Part shown: piece by piece, positions 43,248-44,797 of the stretch
Position numbering within the stretch: the stretch's first letter is position 1
Layout of the letters: each line of letters begins with the position of its first letter
Virus record (IMG/VR): IMGVR_UViG_3300020045_001886
Span: 1-44,797 of that record
Reading direction: 5' to 3' (one strand)
Length of the DNA: 44,797 bases
DNA from: a virus
Taxonomy: Duplodnaviria; Caudoviricetes
The notes under the pieces: generated by a model
Told to the model about the DNA's origin: nothing
The model's database searches: none
What the model saw: only the letters and a program-made list of their open reading frames with translations
Program-made: the position numbers and the translations under genes

Positions 43248-43313
43248 TGACAAAAGAAAACGCCCGTAGCGCCTTGGAATGATCCTTGGTACTACGGGCG
43301 TTTTCTTTTGTCA
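43248..43313. terminator. bidirectional terminator between convergent operons
   Basis: Perfect 22-bp inverted repeat TGACAAAAGAAAACGCCCGTAG / CTACGGGCGTTTTCTTTTGTCA. Confidence 0.9.
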
Positions 43314-43314
43314 G

Positions 43315-43566
43315 TTATAGATTAAGGAAGCTCTGAAGTTCTTTCACAGTAGGCAATCCAGAGATTCGTTTCAGTTCTTTACCTTCATTGTCTTCTAGAA
43401 TCAAAACAGGCACAGCACGGATATTGTACTTCTTAGCTACTTCTGGATAGTCAAAGACATCATAGCTAATTGTAGCTGGTCGGTCTAGAGGGCTTACACA
43501 GTCAAGTAGCTTCTGGAGTTGATTGCACGGTTGGCAGTTCTTTGATTGTAGTTTAATCAGTCGCAT
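43315..43566 (-). CDS. thioredoxin/glutaredoxin-like protein
   Basis: CQPC, YNIRAVP and R.SG motifs; downstream of the RNR gene. Confidence 0.9.
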   Translation of the reverse strand: MRLIKLQSKNCQPCNQLQKLLDCVSPLDRPATISYDVFDYPEVAKKYNIRAVPVLILEDNEGKELKRISGLPTVKELQSFLNL

Positions 43567-43587
43567 ATTATCTCCTTAAAATGTTAA

Positions 43588-44205
43588 TTATAGCTCGGAT
43601 TGGTTAGGTGGTGCATTTAACAACATCCATTTTAGAAGAATTGTAATTTCTTCGATAGTTGCATTATTTTTAAGTCTGTTTGCTTTATTAGAAATAATTT
43701 GAATATTTTCTCTAGTATAGCCTTTTGAATTATCAATCCTATCTACAGAGTAAGTCCACTCAGTATCATTATAAATGAAGGCGTGATTATAGACAGGGCA
43801 TTTCTCTGGTAGTTTTATATCTGAAAGCTCAAGATTGAATTCAAGACCTTTTCTTGTAGCTCTGCTCTTTATTCTATGGAATATTCTTTTCTGGAGAGAT
43901 ACATTACTCCACTTAACCTTTGCACTTTTACACGCTTTACAACGGTAAGTATCAAAACCATTTCTAGTTCCGGTATGTCTACTAAACTCGTGTGCAGGCT
44001 TACTCTTACTGCAGCACTGGCAAACTAATATCGTATCATCTGGAACCACCTTACGTTTTGACACAACCCCTCTAAGCTCTATATTATTCTCTCGGAGTAT
44101 TTTATAGAAAGAATATGTAGTTAACGGAGGTACTGTTAGGTTAATAATATCTAAAATATTGTCACCAGCACAGTACCTCCTAATTATTTCATTATTTTCT
44201 ACCAT
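43588..44205 (-). CDS. HNH-type homing endonuclease
   Basis: CQCC...CKAC zinc finger; CPV...SVDRIDNSKGYTRENIQIISNKANRLKN. Confidence 0.85.
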   Translation of the reverse strand: MVENNEIIRRYCAGDNILDIINLTVPPLTTYSFYKILRENNIELRGVVSKRKVVPDDTILVCQCCSKSKPAHEFSRHTGTRNGFDTYRCKACKSAKVKWSNVSLQKRIFHRIKSRATRKGLEFNLELSDIKLPEKCPVYNHAFIYNDTEWTYSVDRIDNSKGYTRENIQIISNKANRLKNNATIEEITILLKWMLLNAPPNQSEL

Positions 44206-44797
44206 ACGATTTCACACTGACCATTTGAACAGCCTTGGCTACCGAGTGTATCAGCATTAATAAAAGTCTTCTCTGTTAGCTGCTTTGCAAAATCAATAGG
44301 CTTGATACTACGATTAATAGTAATCCACTTATGAAGATTGTAGCAATCCTTTAAGCAGTTCGTCATAACCAATACATCGCCTTTGAAGTAATTCACAGCG
44401 AACTTATTAGCTCGTCGAATCCAGTCGCGCTTAAGCAACTGCTCTTTGCACTCAACATCTAGCTTCTGACCAAAACCATTAGCTGTATCGCAAGCAACCC
44501 ATAGATTGCTATTAAAGGCTTGTAGACCGTCCACAATAAGGCCAGAGGCTAGTAGCGAAGCGTCTCCATACTTACCTAGAATCTGCTCTGCTGTGAACAC
44601 CTCTGTGAATGGGGCTTGAGCATACGCTTTATCCCCCATTGAACTCAACAAAGAAACACCAGCAAACCACTCACGGTTATCAAACAAGTACTGCTCAACT
44701 TCATCCCAGTCATCTACAGTAATTGTGTTACTGATATTATGACGCAGATTAGAGTCTACAGATAACTCCTTGTTTGTACCGTATTCAACCCAGTATT
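44199..44797 (-). CDS. nrdJ: ribonucleotide reductase C-terminus, probably class II (truncated by window end)
   Basis: Frame open from 44795: RHNISNTITV, AGVSLL, YAQAPF and C-terminal CSNGQC redox pair; no beta-subunit gene follows. Confidence 0.75.
   Translation of the reverse strand, partial: YWVEYGTNKELSVDSNLRHNISNTITVDDWDEVEQYLFDNREWFAGVSLLSSMGDKAYAQAPFTEVFTAEQILGKYGDASLLASGLIVDGLQAFNSNLWVACDTANGFGQKLDVECKEQLLKRDWIRRANKFAVNYFKGDVLVMTNCLKDCYNLHKWITINRSIKPIDFAKQLTEKTFINADTLGSQGCSNGQCEIVW

Overview
This is a 44.8-kb segment of a tailed dsDNA phage genome with a siphovirus-type morphogenesis module; no integrase or repressor is visible here. Left to right: (1) a block of small + strand early-type genes (~1.6-5.2 kb) flanked by non-coding DNA and a perfect 37-bp tandem array; (2) a - strand cluster with a Clp-like protease, PhoH, a CX5R phosphatase, a helicase-like protein and an HTH protein; (3) a structured-RNA/tRNA region; (4) the virion module: terS, terL, portal, GTA-like head-spike genes, XkdF-like protease, scaffold, decoration, major capsid, neck, tail tube, chaperones, tape measure and tail tip/fibre; (5) lysis genes including a GH19 endolysin; (6) convergent thioredoxin, HNH nuclease and the 3' end of a ribonucleotide reductase. 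The most striking feature is terL, which is broken three times. It carries an ORF-less 287-nt group I intron (16126-16412) plus two micro-insertions: 2 nt in Walker A and 10 nt just before Walker B. Each micro-insertion creates an in-frame TAG, follows GGCU and ends in AG, the U|...G boundary used by group I splicing. Removing all three restores a 494-aa TerL with canonical motifs. This suggests ribozyme-dependent excision of 'micro-introns', possibly coupled to the free-standing nuclease just upstream. All product calls come from motif recognition by eye; no database searches were run.
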